A stretch of 64,000 bases of DNA from an uncultured Candidatus Saccharibacteria bacterium (GCA_964561085.1 CAZLNP010000001.1:10213-74212), one strand, 5' to 3'; shown: positions 20,473 to 30,833, counted from the first letter of the stretch. Notes: generated from the sequence alone by a model not told the origin. Made by a program: numbers and translations.

Positions 20473-20814
20473 ATGAAAACACTAAGCTTAGTCTTTCGAG
20501 AAATAGACAAGTCCAGCTTCGACCGCATTAAGAATGGTGAAAAGACCATCGAAACAAGAGCAGGTCTTCCTGAATACAATGTGATAGAACCTGGGGATGA
20601 ATTAAAAATAAATTGCGGAGAAGACGAGATTAACAAAAAAGTTGTGGAAGTAAATCATTTTAGTAGTCTAGAAGAATTGATTGATAAAATTGGATTGGAA
20701 GATATTATGGCGGCTGGAACAACCAGAGATGAAGCAGTAGCGCGATGGAACAGTTTTCCAGGATACCCTGAACGAATTAGTAAATATGGAATTATTGCCT
20801 GGAGACTAAAATAA
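20473..20814 (+). CDS. ASCH (PUA-like) domain protein
   Basis: 113-aa protein with ASCH-like beta-barrel sequence pattern. Confidence 0.55.
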   Translation: MKTLSLVFREIDKSSFDRIKNGEKTIETRAGLPEYNVIEPGDELKINCGEDEINKKVVEVNHFSSLEELIDKIGLEDIMAAGTTRDEAVARWNSFPGYPERISKYGIIAWRLK

Positions 20815-20874
20815 AAGTAGGTCGACCGCAAAAAGCAATCGACCTGCATACACTAATCTCGTTAAACACGAGGG

Positions 20875-21207
20875 TTACACTAAAAATACATCATTGAAAG
20901 CAGATAGCTCTGTGGCGAAACCGTCAGCATCTTCAACTTCAGAAATGTGCAATTGCCCATTACTGAAGTCCAAAGCTCCAGAAGAAAAACTCTCCTTAAG
21001 TCTCTGGATGATAGCAGCCTCTACTTCCCACGGAACCTCATCCTGGCCGCTATGCCTACTTAAAGTAAACTGCCCGTCTTCGTTGTTAATGCCGACAACA
21101 TAGTTCACACCTCTCAGATAATATATCTGACGAGGTTCTGACTTTCTTTCAGACCACGCCTTCCGAAATACGTTAGTAATATCAGTCGTTTCAATTCTTT
21201 CGATCAC
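20875..21207 (-). CDS. Hypothetical protein (110 aa)
   Basis: Clean ORF in an otherwise gene-free gap; no recognisable domain. Confidence 0.4.
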   Translation of the reverse strand: MIERIETTDITNVFRKAWSERKSEPRQIYYLRGVNYVVGINNEDGQFTLSRHSGQDEVPWEVEAAIIQRLKESFSSGALDFSNGQLHISEVEDADGFATELSAFNDVFLV

Positions 21208-21349
21208 TTATTACATCCCCCTGTCAAACTAATCCAAACTCCAAAACACTATCGTACCAAATGCAAAAATATTTGACAAGAATTAAAGTAATCCGTTAAA
21301 CTCCCATTTGCAATCGCAAAGAGCGCTAATCCTAATTTAAAAACCTTCA

Positions 21350-23626
21350 ATGGCAAAAGATTTAATCATAGTAGAGTCCCCAACTAAGGCTAAAACAATT
21401 TCTAAATTCCTCGACGGAAAATACGAAGTTGAAGCCAGTTTTGGTCATGTTCGAGACTTGCCTAAGTCTAAAATTTCCATTGATATAGAGCATGATTTCG
21501 CTCCTCAGTACGCTATTGCACCAAAAGCCAAAGAGATAATTGCCAAACTAAAAAAGATGGCTAAAACTGCTCCCTCTATTATATTAGCTACTGATGAAGA
21601 CCGTGAAGGAGAGGCTATCTCCTGGCACTTAGTAGAGGCGCTAGGATTAAAATATGATAATCCTAAATTGAAGCGTATTGTTTTCCACGAAATCACTAAA
21701 ACCGCTATTGATCATGCTCTTGCAACCCCACGCGCGATTGATCTTAATTTAGTAGACGCTCAGCAAGCACGCCGTGTTTTAGATCGTCTGGTTGGATACG
21801 AACTTTCCCCGTTCCTATGGCGTAAAATTCGCTACGGGCTCTCTGCTGGCCGCGTACAGTCTGTGGCAACCCGCTTAATAGTAGAGCGCGAGCGAGAAAT
21901 TGAGGCTTTCAAGGCTGAAGAATACTGGAGCATTGAAGCGATGCTATCTAAAACCGAAAGCAAAGAAAAAGATCCAATTACTTTCACTGCGAAACTTTCA
22001 AAGATTAACGATAAAGCAGTTGGTAAAATGGGCATCACAAATAGTGCTCAAGCCAAAGAAATCACCTCAGATCTAGACAACGCTAAATATATTGTTAACG
22101 ATATTACAAAGAAAGAAGTAAAGCGCAATCCAGCGGCGCCTTTTATTACATCTACATTACAACAAGAAGCGGCGCGCAAACTTGGTTTTAGCGCCAAACA
22201 AACTATGGCAGTAGCACAAGGTTTGTATGAAAAAGGGTTCATCACTTACATGCGTACTGACAGCTTAAACTTAGCAAAGTCTGCTCTAGAACAAGCACAA
22301 GCAGTTATTCTATCTGAATTTGGGAAGCAATATTCATTGAGCGAGCCACGAATTTTTACTAACAAGAGCAAGGGTGCGCAAGAAGCTCATGAAGCTATCC
22401 GCCCAACAGATCTTTCTGCATTGCCCCAAAATTTAAAAACATCTGAACGCAATGCCGTTCGGCTTTACGATTTAATTTGGAAACGTACTATTGCTTCTCA
22501 AATGCCACAAGCGGTTTTTGATCAAACTGGCGTAGACATTTCTGCTGGTCCAAGCGCTGCGCCAAACAAGTACACTTTCCGTGCAAATGGTCAGGTTGTA
22601 AAGTTCGATGGGTTTATCCGTGCTTACACAGAAGGAACCGATGAGAAGTCAGAAGATGAAATTGAAGGTGCTCTACCAGAGCTAAAGCTTGAAGAAATTT
22701 TGAAGCTAATTGAGTTGCAACCGAATCAACATTTCACTGAACCACCTCCCCGCTATACAGATGCTACTCTAATTAAAACATTAGAAGCTGCTGGAGTTGG
22801 TCGTCCTTCAACTTACGCCCCGACTCTAAGTACTATTCAAGATCGTGGCTACGTTACTAAAGAAGACAAGAAATATGCACCGACAGAAGAAGGTTATTTA
22901 GTGACTGACATGTTAGTTGCACACTTTCCCGAAATTATTGATTTGAATTTTACTTCTCAGATTGAAGAACAGTTTGATGATATCGAAGAAGGTAAGCGTA
23001 AATGGGTGCCAGTTATCGCAGATTTCTACGGACCATTTAAAGCGCATTTAGTAGAAAAAGAAAAAACTGTTGAAAAGAAAATTGAGTTGTCCGATGTCCC
23101 CTGCCCTCATTGTTCAAAAATGATGTTAATCAAATACGGACGCATGGGTAAATTCTTAGCTTGCCCCGAAGAAGGAAGCAAGGTGACTTTACCGATGCCA
23201 GAAGAAGCTGCTCAAATTGCTGCACTTGAAGAAAAAACTAAAGGCGAAGTTTGTCCAATCTGCGAAGGTCCGATGAAAGTGCATCGTGGCCGATTTGGAT
23301 TCTTCCTAGGTTGCGCAGACTATCCGAAGTGCAAAGGTATAATGAAAATTTGGAATAAGACTGGCTTCAAGTGTCCAAGCTGTTTAGAAAGCGCTGATCG
23401 CAAAGAGAAGCCTGGTGATGTTGTAGAAAAGAAAAGTCGTGGTCGTGGTAAGCCGTTCTGGGCCTGTACGCTATGGCCAGACTGTACTTTGATTCTAAAC
23501 GCTAAGCCTGAATCGGAAGCCCAGCTGATGGAACTATTTGAGGAATCCAAAAAACCAAAGCCAAAAGTTAAAGGCAAACGCAAGACAGCTGCTAAGAAAA
23601 AGGTCGCTAAAAAAACCGCTGAATAA
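21350..23626 (+). CDS. topA: DNA topoisomerase I with C-terminal zinc-ribbon repeats and a lysine-rich tail
   Basis: Toprim (IVESPTKAKTI, DEDREGE), topoisomerase IA core, three C4 zinc ribbons, KKPKPKVKGKRK tail. Confidence 0.95.
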   Translation: MAKDLIIVESPTKAKTISKFLDGKYEVEASFGHVRDLPKSKISIDIEHDFAPQYAIAPKAKEIIAKLKKMAKTAPSIILATDEDREGEAISWHLVEALGLKYDNPKLKRIVFHEITKTAIDHALATPRAIDLNLVDAQQARRVLDRLVGYELSPFLWRKIRYGLSAGRVQSVATRLIVEREREIEAFKAEEYWSIEAMLSKTESKEKDPITFTAKLSKINDKAVGKMGITNSAQAKEITSDLDNAKYIVNDITKKEVKRNPAAPFITSTLQQEAARKLGFSAKQTMAVAQGLYEKGFITYMRTDSLNLAKSALEQAQAVILSEFGKQYSLSEPRIFTNKSKGAQEAHEAIRPTDLSALPQNLKTSERNAVRLYDLIWKRTIASQMPQAVFDQTGVDISAGPSAAPNKYTFRANGQVVKFDGFIRAYTEGTDEKSEDEIEGALPELKLEEILKLIELQPNQHFTEPPPRYTDATLIKTLEAAGVGRPSTYAPTLSTIQDRGYVTKEDKKYAPTEEGYLVTDMLVAHFPEIIDLNFTSQIEEQFDDIEEGKRKWVPVIADFYGPFKAHLVEKEKTVEKKIELSDVPCPHCSKMMLIKYGRMGKFLACPEEGSKVTLPMPEEAAQIAALEEKTKGEVCPICEGPMKVHRGRFGFFLGCADYPKCKGIMKIWNKTGFKCPSCLESADRKEKPGDVVEKKSRGRGKPFWACTLWPDCTLILNAKPESEAQLMELFEESKKPKPKVKGKRKTAAKKKVAKKTAE

Positions 23627-23640
23627 TTTCAGCGGTTTTT
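23616..23640 (+). terminator. Rho-independent terminator of topA
   Basis: ccgctgaa-taat-ttcagcgg followed by T6. Confidence 0.7.
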
Positions 23641-24296
23641 TAATCATCAACAATAAAGTACCTTTTCCTTAGGGTATACAAAATCAATATGCCGACAAGC
23701 AAAGGGATGACTCCAAATAATAGTCCCCCATTACTAAAAGCTATTCCAGCTAAGTAAAACAAAGGTAGACCAATCAATAAATACGAAAATAAAGTGCCCA
23801 TTACAAAGTGAGTGAAAGTAATGTTAGTGATTCCGGCGGCATAGCTAACCATTTCTGAAATCGGTCCACCAAATACACGCATAATGATTAAAGCCTCTAA
23901 CTCATTTCGAGGATTAAATTTTATCCTTTGAGATTGCTTCAAGCCACTTTCACCAAATACTTTTAAAATTACTCGAGGGCCGTATATCCTAGCCAACCAG
24001 AATACCAAACACGTTCCAATAAATGCTCCTACCATATCTACTAACAGCGCTGGCAACCAACCGATAACTGGTATGGCTCCTACTGTAAAGACTAGGCCAG
24101 GCAATGGCGGCCAAATAATTCCAACAATCTTAATGGCTATTAAAATTAAACAAAACCAAACTAAATTTTGCCCTGACCACGTAAGGAGCGACTGGAAACT
24201 ATCAGTTCTAGAAAAAATTCCATACGCTACAATTGTAACAATAAAAGCCACGGCAATTAGCACTATAAACTTATATTGTTTCAGTAAAGCCTTCAT
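23640..24296 (-). CDS. TVP38/TMEM64 (DedA-related) family membrane protein
   Basis: Multi-TM protein with DedA/TVP38-like pattern. Confidence 0.65.
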   Translation of the reverse strand: MKALLKQYKFIVLIAVAFIVTIVAYGIFSRTDSFQSLLTWSGQNLVWFCLILIAIKIVGIIWPPLPGLVFTVGAIPVIGWLPALLVDMVGAFIGTCLVFWLARIYGPRVILKVFGESGLKQSQRIKFNPRNELEALIIMRVFGGPISEMVSYAAGITNITFTHFVMGTLFSYLLIGLPLFYLAGIAFSNGGLLFGVIPLLVGILILYTLRKRYFIVDD

Positions 24297-24318
24297 AAGT
24301 TTATGATACCACGCCCCC

Positions 24319-24347
24319 TTGAAATTATCTGATAAATGCGCTAAAAT
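24319..24347 (+). promoter_or_regulatory. Sigma70-like promoter for tRNA-Lys (TTGAAA-17-TAAAAT)
   Basis: Hexamers with 17-nt spacer about 28 nt upstream of the tRNA 5' end. Confidence 0.5.
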
Positions 24348-24360
24348 TGTTGAGTATTTG

Positions 24361-26034
24361 TTAAACCATACTCTTGGGTCTGTAGCTCAGTTGGTAGAGC
24401 AGTGGCCTTTTAAGCCATTTGTCGCGGGTTCGAATCCCGCCGGACCCACCAAATGAGTCTTGCTCGAATATAGGATTGCCTTTAGTTTTATTACGGCATA
24501 AGTAATCCAACGGTTCTTGCAAGACAGCACGGACAATTTGTCCATCACGCATATACAATTCTTTGAATAACGTTCGAGCCAAGAGAGCCTTCATTTGAGG
24601 CTCTTTTGCGTTTTGGTAGGCATACGCGCAACTAACCGTTAGTGATAGTGCAATCTCAACAGTACGGACGACTCCCGCAATTTTACTTTCAACTTTACCG
24701 AGTTCATCAGTTAACTTTGTATCTTCCATTCCTAATTCAGCCATAACCGTATGGTACAAATCCATATCTCCAGAGGTGTTATTTTCTTTATCAACTAACT
24801 GAAGAACTAAGTTTTTCTTCTGCCGTTTAATGTTCGCTACTTTCCCTAGTATATCCTTACGGGCTTTTTCATAGATAACATGTTCATCAGAAAACAATCC
24901 CCTGACTTTTGCTTGAAGCTTTTCAGTAGTAGATACAGGCAGGTTGATAGTTTGAAGAAGTTTCTCAAACTGATTTTCATACTCAGACTCATGATGGTAC
25001 TTCTGACTACAAGGTACTTTCCTTTTCTTGATAGCCTTTAGACAACGAAGATACCGATAGATGTTCTTTTTACGAGTTACCTGCTCATCACTAGTCATTT
25101 TACTACTGCACTCATCGCAGTATGAGATGCCTTTAAGGATAGAAAACAAACGCCACTTCCGACTTGAACTACTAGAGCGTGATGAGCATACCGCTTGGGC
25201 TTTATCGAATAACGCACGATCTAAAAATAGTTCGTGGTTACCATTTTCATTTACAACTCCGTCCCATATAATATGCCCAATATAGAATTTGTCTTGGAGA
25301 ATGCGAGCCAAATAGCTAGCTTGCAAAACACTGCGAGTCTGACCTTTAAATAAACGAAGTGGAAACCCTTCATCAATAAGCTGTTCAGCTAAATCACGAG
25401 TTGACCAGTTGCCAGTAGCATACAGTTCATATGCCCTAGTGACCCATTTAGCCTCTGTCCAGTCTACTTCTATCCACGCCTTAACTTTACCAGTAGACGC
25501 TTTCTCCTGAACATTTTTATATCCATAAGGGGCTGTCCTTGGCCAACCCCCAGCTTTCGCTTTCTGTATTAGATTGTTCTTAACTCGGCGACCATGTTGA
25601 GCAGAATAGAATTCTGCTAGTGAAGATAGGATTCCTTCCAACATTTGACCCTCAGGGCTGTCATCAATACCTTCTGTGGCGGAAATTAATTTAACATTGT
25701 GTTTACGCAATGCGACTTTAATAAGTGAGAGGTCATCACGATTGCGAGCTAGGCGGCTTAGGTCGTAAACAGTGATTGCCTGAACAGACTTATCTTTTTC
25801 ACAACGATTTAGCATATCCAGCAGTGCTGCACGATCCATTGTGCGAGCACTCAGTCCTGCATCTGTGTAAATGTCTGTCTCAAGGTTAAATGTGTAGCCA
25901 TTTTGCTCTGCGTATTCTGTACATTTAGCTTGCTGTGTTGGGAGAGCAATGCCTTTTTCGGCTTGCTGGTCGGTTGATACCCGTAGATAAATGAGGGTAA
26001 TACCTTTTGATTGATTTATTGATTGTTCGTTCAT
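24361..26034 (-). CDS. Large serine recombinase (resolvase catalytic domain + recombinase domain + zinc ribbon + coiled coil). The annotated 3' end reads antisense through the whole tRNA-Lys, so the true C-terminus is probably shorter or artefactually extended
   Basis: N-terminal LIYLRVSTDQQ catalytic serine motif, recombinase domain, Cys cluster YCDECSSK...CLKAIKKRKVPC; C-terminal GIRTRD is the typical antisense-tRNA translation. Confidence 0.85.
   Translation of the reverse strand: MNEQSINQSKGITLIYLRVSTDQQAEKGIALPTQQAKCTEYAEQNGYTFNLETDIYTDAGLSARTMDRAALLDMLNRCEKDKSVQAITVYDLSRLARNRDDLSLIKVALRKHNVKLISATEGIDDSPEGQMLEGILSSLAEFYSAQHGRRVKNNLIQKAKAGGWPRTAPYGYKNVQEKASTGKVKAWIEVDWTEAKWVTRAYELYATGNWSTRDLAEQLIDEGFPLRLFKGQTRSVLQASYLARILQDKFYIGHIIWDGVVNENGNHELFLDRALFDKAQAVCSSRSSSSSRKWRLFSILKGISYCDECSSKMTSDEQVTRKKNIYRYLRCLKAIKKRKVPCSQKYHHESEYENQFEKLLQTINLPVSTTEKLQAKVRGLFSDEHVIYEKARKDILGKVANIKRQKKNLVLQLVDKENNTSGDMDLYHTVMAELGMEDTKLTDELGKVESKIAGVVRTVEIALSLTVSCAYAYQNAKEPQMKALLARTLFKELYMRDGQIVRAVLQEPLDYLCRNKTKGNPIFEQDSFGGSGGIRTRDKWLKRPLLYQLSYRPKSMV
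24376..24451 (+). tRNA. tRNA-Lys (anticodon UUU), encoded CCA
   Basis: Hand-folded cloverleaf: acceptor GGGTCTG/CGGACCC, D-arm GCTC/GAGC, anticodon stem GTGGC/GCCAT with loop CTTTTAA, T-arm GCGGG-TTCGAAT-CCCGC, 3' CCA. Confidence 0.9.
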
Positions 26035-26219
26035 AATAGTTACTGTTAATTATTTGGATAATAAAACCCTGCCTAGGACTCGGTGTCGCAGCCGAGGTGC
26101 TGTAAACTTTGCCTAGGTAGGGCTTTGGGATTCTATGTCGCAGATAATTGTTACTTTAATTATATCATACGACCTGCCTCTACCAGAGTCTGGTCTTTGC
26201 TGACAATGCTGTCTTGCTG
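26035..26219. promoter_or_regulatory. Repeat-containing regulatory region upstream of the recombinase gene
   Basis: Direct repeats tgcctagg...tgtcgcag (x2) and ttgctgacaa / ttgctgtcaa motifs. Confidence 0.35.
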
Positions 26220-27773
26220 TCAAAAAGGAACTTCACTTACGCTTATATCCTCATTTTCATTACTTAAAGGTTCAACGCTCGGCGTGACAGCAAGGGTAGT
26301 AATTTGAATGTTGCGCAAACCATCTCCCCGATCACGGGTTACTAAGATTCCTCGCTCTCGCAGATTAGGAATGACTTCTTCGAGTTTTCGCCATAGCCAG
26401 TTTGCTTGCTTAGGCAAAACTTTTTGTTTGTCCAACCCTATTCCATCAGCTACATCTTTTAGTTCAGTTAAAAGTGCAGTTGGAGTTCCCTGCCACTCAG
26501 TATGAGTTTTCATAAACTGCATTATCATAAAGGCTACGCTAGATGTTTCAATTACCTCATCATGTTGAAGTTGGCGATTAGCTTTAAGAGCAGAAATGAA
26601 AACACTTTTACCAACCCCTAGTACTTCACTCGCTCCTGCACCAAACTGTGCAAATCCTGCCATGCGATACTGTTCTAAACCTTCAACTTTAGGATTATCT
26701 TGTCGGTACTTCATAGTCTGTGCTATTACAGTAAACAATGCGCCAAGCAAACGAGGGCGAGCTTCTTCAAATCGTGCGAATAGTTTTTGCTCATCTTCAT
26801 AGTTTTCAGGGGGTTGTAGATTCACTATCAAAGCACGGTCTAATATGTCTGGTTTATCTATTGGCAAGTTAATGCCGTTCATACCAAGCACTCGCTGAAA
26901 GGAATAGATAATGTCGTCGTCATTTGTAAATAACTCTCGCTTACTAAACCCTTCTCCAGTTACTACACGGCATAGCAAGTCTGAAAAATCAGATTTTATT
27001 GGACTCAAGTTATCTAGTGGCAGAAAGTAGTTATGACTGGCTTGTTGAATGAACTCATTTAAATCTCGCTGTGGACCAACTGTTTCAAGCATTGAGGGGT
27101 CAAGTAAACGCCGCAATAACTTAAACAATGTGGTCTTTCGTGAACCCTTCTCACCTTTAACGACAAGTATAGGATGTGGGAAGCCTTGAATAAGAGCAGT
27201 TGCAAGCCATATTAGTAATAGCAATCGCTCTTTCTGTTCGGCTGGCTCTGGAATGTAGTCAAAGACTTCTTCCAACTTTCCGCCCTCTATGGGTGTAACC
27301 TGTGCCTTTTGATGTGCAAACCGATAGAATAAGATTGGAGGCTTTTCTACTACTGTCCAACCATTCTCGGTAATTTTGACTGCCTTGCCATCACCCAAGT
27401 CATACCACAGCTCGTTACCTAAGTTAGCTGCTCGAACATGAAGTTCTAATTGTTTGCCCTCGTGCAATGCATGTCCTTCTAGAGTTCGTACTGCGGTTTC
27501 TATAATCGCCGAGTTAATGGGCTTACCTAGCGACTTCCAGCCTAAATGCGATAGCCATGACTTAAATTCACGATTGCGGAGTCGCAAGATTTTACCACCA
27601 TTCCCCTCCATCGCAATGAACGCTGAACCAAACTGGTCGTGAAATAGAACAGATTCGCCTTTTAGTACTTTATTGATAAGAACAGTTGTTTGACCTTTAT
27701 CTTCCTCATTTAAGATTTCACTTTGAGCTGAATCTTGTACAGCCGTATTATCTCCGATAGGAGTTTCTTCCAT
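26220..27773 (-). CDS. Replication-associated P-loop NTPase, P4-alpha/D5-like SF3 helicase-primase C-terminal type
   Basis: Walker A VVKGEKGSRKTTL in a D5/P4-primase-helicase-like context; 517 aa. Confidence 0.55.
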   Translation of the reverse strand: MEETPIGDNTAVQDSAQSEILNEEDKGQTTVLINKVLKGESVLFHDQFGSAFIAMEGNGGKILRLRNREFKSWLSHLGWKSLGKPINSAIIETAVRTLEGHALHEGKQLELHVRAANLGNELWYDLGDGKAVKITENGWTVVEKPPILFYRFAHQKAQVTPIEGGKLEEVFDYIPEPAEQKERLLLLIWLATALIQGFPHPILVVKGEKGSRKTTLFKLLRRLLDPSMLETVGPQRDLNEFIQQASHNYFLPLDNLSPIKSDFSDLLCRVVTGEGFSKRELFTNDDDIIYSFQRVLGMNGINLPIDKPDILDRALIVNLQPPENYEDEQKLFARFEEARPRLLGALFTVIAQTMKYRQDNPKVEGLEQYRMAGFAQFGAGASEVLGVGKSVFISALKANRQLQHDEVIETSSVAFMIMQFMKTHTEWQGTPTALLTELKDVADGIGLDKQKVLPKQANWLWRKLEEVIPNLRERGILVTRDRGDGLRNIQITTLAVTPSVEPLSNENEDISVSEVPF

Positions 27774-27925
27774 TATTGTTGCCTTTCTTTGTTAGCAAGT
27801 TGTTCCCCAGCATGAAGCTGTCGAGCAATAGTTGCTAATGCCAATGCCAAACAATCCACAAGTCGATTTTCTTCGGCTTGCATATCCATATCATTAGTTT
27901 CGATTGTTTGAAGATTCTCTGACAT
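27773..27925 (-). CDS. Small ORF (50 aa) translationally coupled (TAATG overlap) to the helicase-like gene
   Basis: MSENLQTIETNDMDMQAEENRLVDCLALALATIARQLHAGEQLANKERQQ; stop overlaps the next start codon; no strong RBS. Confidence 0.3.
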   Translation of the reverse strand: MSENLQTIETNDMDMQAEENRLVDCLALALATIARQLHAGEQLANKERQQ

Positions 27926-28032
27926 TGATTAAATTTAATAAATCCGCTAGGGGCTAGGTAGTTCCATGAGCTAGACGGCTCTACCCAGCCCTTAACGGAC
28001 TGTTTGCTCATGGAATTTTGCCCAACAAAAAA

Positions 28033-28066
28033 GCTATAGACTTTTCTATAGCTTATTGGACTTTTA
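28033..28066 (-). terminator. Terminator after the 243-aa island gene
   Basis: agctataga-cttt-tctatagct perfect hairpin followed on the minus strand by a T-run. Confidence 0.55.
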
Positions 28067-28091
28067 ATGGCGTGTATAAGAATTTTGTGTA

Positions 28092-28823
28092 CTACACTTG
28101 TTTGCGTCTGAGATTCTCTTTTGAGACGATTTTACCAACACTTCCCTCGTCAACTTTCTGTTTAAGTTCAGTAGGTAACTGACGCAGTATTTCCTTACCT
28201 GGTAAATGTCTATTCTGATAAATCAAATCATCTCGTCTAACATTTAATGGTTTGCGTTTACGAAACTTGCCAATTTTAATTTCAGGTTTACTGTACTTCC
28301 TTTTCAATGGCATGATTTCTGTAGGGTTAACCTTTTGAACATAGGCAAGGATGTCTCTCAGTGAAGCGTATGGGCTAACTAATATGCTTATTGGAAACTG
28401 TTCACTAAGTTCTACGGTATTCATGCTGTGAGTTTCAGCTACTCGACATAAAGCAAATTTGTTTTTATAAAGTGGCAGTGGCAATACATCATCAAAAAAT
28501 ATGACAGGATGTATCATTTCGTTCCACTCTTTTGGGTCTAAATTGAACTTGCGACATATCGTGTCAACTTCCTTAAGCAAAGCTGATAGCGCGGTATGGT
28601 CATTACCCAAATATTCAATAAGCCATTTTTCTTGGGCACTATCATTATTGAAACCCTTTGCAGGAATACCCAACTTCCTTCTAAGCTTAAGAATTTCACT
28701 TCGAAAACGATCGCTTCTTACCAAGGCTTCAAAGTGATGAACTAACTTCTTGTGCGCTTGGGTAGTATGAAGTTTTTTGGCATCTCGAAATGTGGGAGTA
28801 TCAGCATTGTGAGTGATTTTCAT
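28092..28823 (-). CDS. Hypothetical protein (243 aa), basic C-terminus
   Basis: Clean ORF in the island; no recognisable domain. Confidence 0.45.
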   Translation of the reverse strand: MKITHNADTPTFRDAKKLHTTQAHKKLVHHFEALVRSDRFRSEILKLRRKLGIPAKGFNNDSAQEKWLIEYLGNDHTALSALLKEVDTICRKFNLDPKEWNEMIHPVIFFDDVLPLPLYKNKFALCRVAETHSMNTVELSEQFPISILVSPYASLRDILAYVQKVNPTEIMPLKRKYSKPEIKIGKFRKRKPLNVRRDDLIYQNRHLPGKEILRQLPTELKQKVDEGSVGKIVSKENLRRKQV

Positions 28824-28970
28824 TGCTCATGGAATCAATTACATGCCTAAAGTATAACAAAATCAGTATAAATAACCACTCTTTACTTAACAAGTTCAGA
28901 GTTCAAAAAAACCAACAATTTTATCCTCACAACAAGAGAGAAGGGGCCTAAAACAGAATATGCCGAAATC

Positions 28971-29606
28971 CTACGACATCTTAATCTTTGCTTGGGATAA
29001 CTTGTCATAAGTCTGTTCAGCTGCCTCAGCCCCTAGCCATTTCTGTTCAGCCACTATCCAACGCAGGAACGGCTTAGCGACCTTGTTGCCATAGACCTTA
29101 CGTTTGAAGTGTTTTAACATACCATCGACTTTCATAGCCCGATTCATACGATATGCCATCTCAGCTAATACTCCGCCTCTGCGATTGATGCTCTGCAACT
29201 CATAGCTGAGTTCCAGGCAGGAGCGACAGGAGAAGTAATTAGGCTTGCGGTCAGGGCGAAGATACAACTTACTACGTAAACTCCCGCACATAACGCAAAA
29301 GAAGAATGGCTTGTTTCCAAAGTGAGTCTCGCCAGTCAAGATAGTGATTGCTTGAGTTTGGGCAATTCCTTTATATGGGTAAAAGACTTGAACCTTAAAT
29401 GGATCGCCATCAATAACCTTGTAGCCTATGAGCAGAGTATCGTACTGGCTAGATATATAGGCTTTACCAGACTTAGGCTCCCCCTCTTTGTTTGGGTGGA
29501 GCAGATTACGACTTAGAGAGCCAATAGATAATGAAAAGCACTCCTCCACAGTCATTTTGGGATAGAGTTTTTGCTTGTTTAATTGATTGAAGAATTCTTG
29601 TTCCAT
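28971..29606 (-). CDS. Hypothetical protein (211 aa) with Cys4 zinc-ribbon-like motif
   Basis: CVMCGS...CRSC cysteine pairs. Confidence 0.45.
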   Translation of the reverse strand: MEQEFFNQLNKQKLYPKMTVEECFSLSIGSLSRNLLHPNKEGEPKSGKAYISSQYDTLLIGYKVIDGDPFKVQVFYPYKGIAQTQAITILTGETHFGNKPFFFCVMCGSLRSKLYLRPDRKPNYFSCRSCLELSYELQSINRRGGVLAEMAYRMNRAMKVDGMLKHFKRKVYGNKVAKPFLRWIVAEQKWLGAEAAEQTYDKLSQAKIKMS

Positions 29607-29845
29607 ACCTTAATTTTAAATCAAGTCAGCAGGACAGTATAGACGGCATAATTTGAACATCTTATGCAGAGGTTTCCCTACACAGGACTCCTGAGGATAT
29701 AGAAAGGATTGTTTACCAACCACTCCCCACCCACCCCCTTCATACTCTCTGTGTTCCTAATACAATTCCTCTTTAATGAATTGCAATTCAAACCGCCACC
29801 CACCTGTGAGTGGCTTGTTAATCATTAAACGAAAGGGTTACTCAA

Positions 29846-30061
29846 ATGAGCAAGAACCTAGCAGTACTAGCTGAGTTCGATAACCACGACTGTAAAAGTT
29901 CAGCTGACTCAGGATGCAATACCTGTGTCTTCTTCTCTCGAAGCAAAGTCCGTTGGAATCGTTTCTTAGAGAAGATGGACTTGGTTAGAAAGAATAGCAA
30001 GCACATTGACTCTCAGCTAATCAACCACATCATGCAACCAACACAGGAGGAAAGCCAATGA
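29846..30061 (+). CDS. Small Cys-containing protein (71 aa), first gene of a divergently transcribed island operon
   Basis: Follows a 240-nt divergent intergenic region; ATGA overlap with the next gene. Confidence 0.4.
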   Translation: MSKNLAVLAEFDNHDCKSSADSGCNTCVFFSRSKVRWNRFLEKMDLVRKNSKHIDSQLINHIMQPTQEESQ

Positions 30062-30363
30062 TTGAATTAAAAGAGATACTAGCAATCCCTAGTTCATACA
30101 GGGGTTCAGAAAAGTCTGCTGCGAAAGTCAAAGAACAGATAGCACTTAGATGGCCTAAGCTAGCAAAGGACTATGACCCTAGATTCACTACCCGCACCGC
30201 AAGGGCATGGCAAGTGATAGGTTACAGAATCAAGAAAGGTGAGAAAGCCATTAAGAGCATTACAGTAATTGAGAAGACCGATAGCAAGGGCAAAGTCATT
30301 GAAAGCTATCCTAAGGTTATTTCGCTCTTTCACATAAATCAGATCGAAAAGATGAAGATATAG
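30058..30363 (+). CDS. Possible ArdC-N (DUF1738)-like ssDNA-binding protein fragment
   Basis: RAWQVIGYRIKKGEKAI...VISLFHINQIE resembles the W.TfkQ...G..V.KGEK...vFn..Q.E core of the ArdC N-domain. Confidence 0.35.
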   Translation: MIELKEILAIPSSYRGSEKSAAKVKEQIALRWPKLAKDYDPRFTTRTARAWQVIGYRIKKGEKAIKSITVIEKTDSKGKVIESYPKVISLFHINQIEKMKI

Positions 30364-30476
30364 TACCAGATGAGACTCTGAATGTTTTTTAAAATTCCTG
30401 GCTTTATGTCGGGTTAAGCGTTTTGGTAGTGATCGTACAACAAAACTACCAACTCTAACAATTAAACTATCCATAT

Positions 30477-30833
30477 ATGGAAACAACTCAACCCCGTGTC
30501 CAGTTAAACGCATCACTTAGGTACAGCCCTACTGGAGAGCTGATTAGCCGAGACTTGCTGATTAACTTCAGAGAGGAAAGTGTGGACGAGTGCGTTAAGT
30601 TACTCGGAGACTTTAACAGGCAGTTCAACATCAATCTAGGTTTGGCAGAGCAACCACAAATTGCCTCACAAACCACGATACTGCCTGCGGACGCTCCAAG
30701 TGATTGCCCTAGGTGTCTAGTTCCTCTAATCAAAAGGAAAGTTAGTAACAGAGAAAGTGCAAGCTATGGAAAAGAGTTCTTAGGCTGTGGCAACTATGCT
30801 CGCAAGGGCTGTTTGTTCAGTCATTGGCTGTAA
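30477..30833 (+). CDS. Topoisomerase-type C4 zinc-finger (zf-C4_Topoisom-like) DNA-binding protein
   Basis: CPRCLVPLIKRK...FLGCGNYARKGC at the C-terminus. Confidence 0.5.
   Translation: METTQPRVQLNASLRYSPTGELISRDLLINFREESVDECVKLLGDFNRQFNINLGLAEQPQIASQTTILPADAPSDCPRCLVPLIKRKVSNRESASYGKEFLGCGNYARKGCLFSHWL

Noticed and set aside
24361-24451. Treating the full 557-aa recombinase ORF as real, including the C-terminal GIRTRDKWLKRPLLYQLSYRP segment
   Set aside because: That segment is the antisense translation of tRNA-Lys, the typical artefact of open antisense frames across tRNAs. The real stop or attachment junction is probably upstream, so the recombinase C-terminus was flagged as uncertain rather than reported as a feature.
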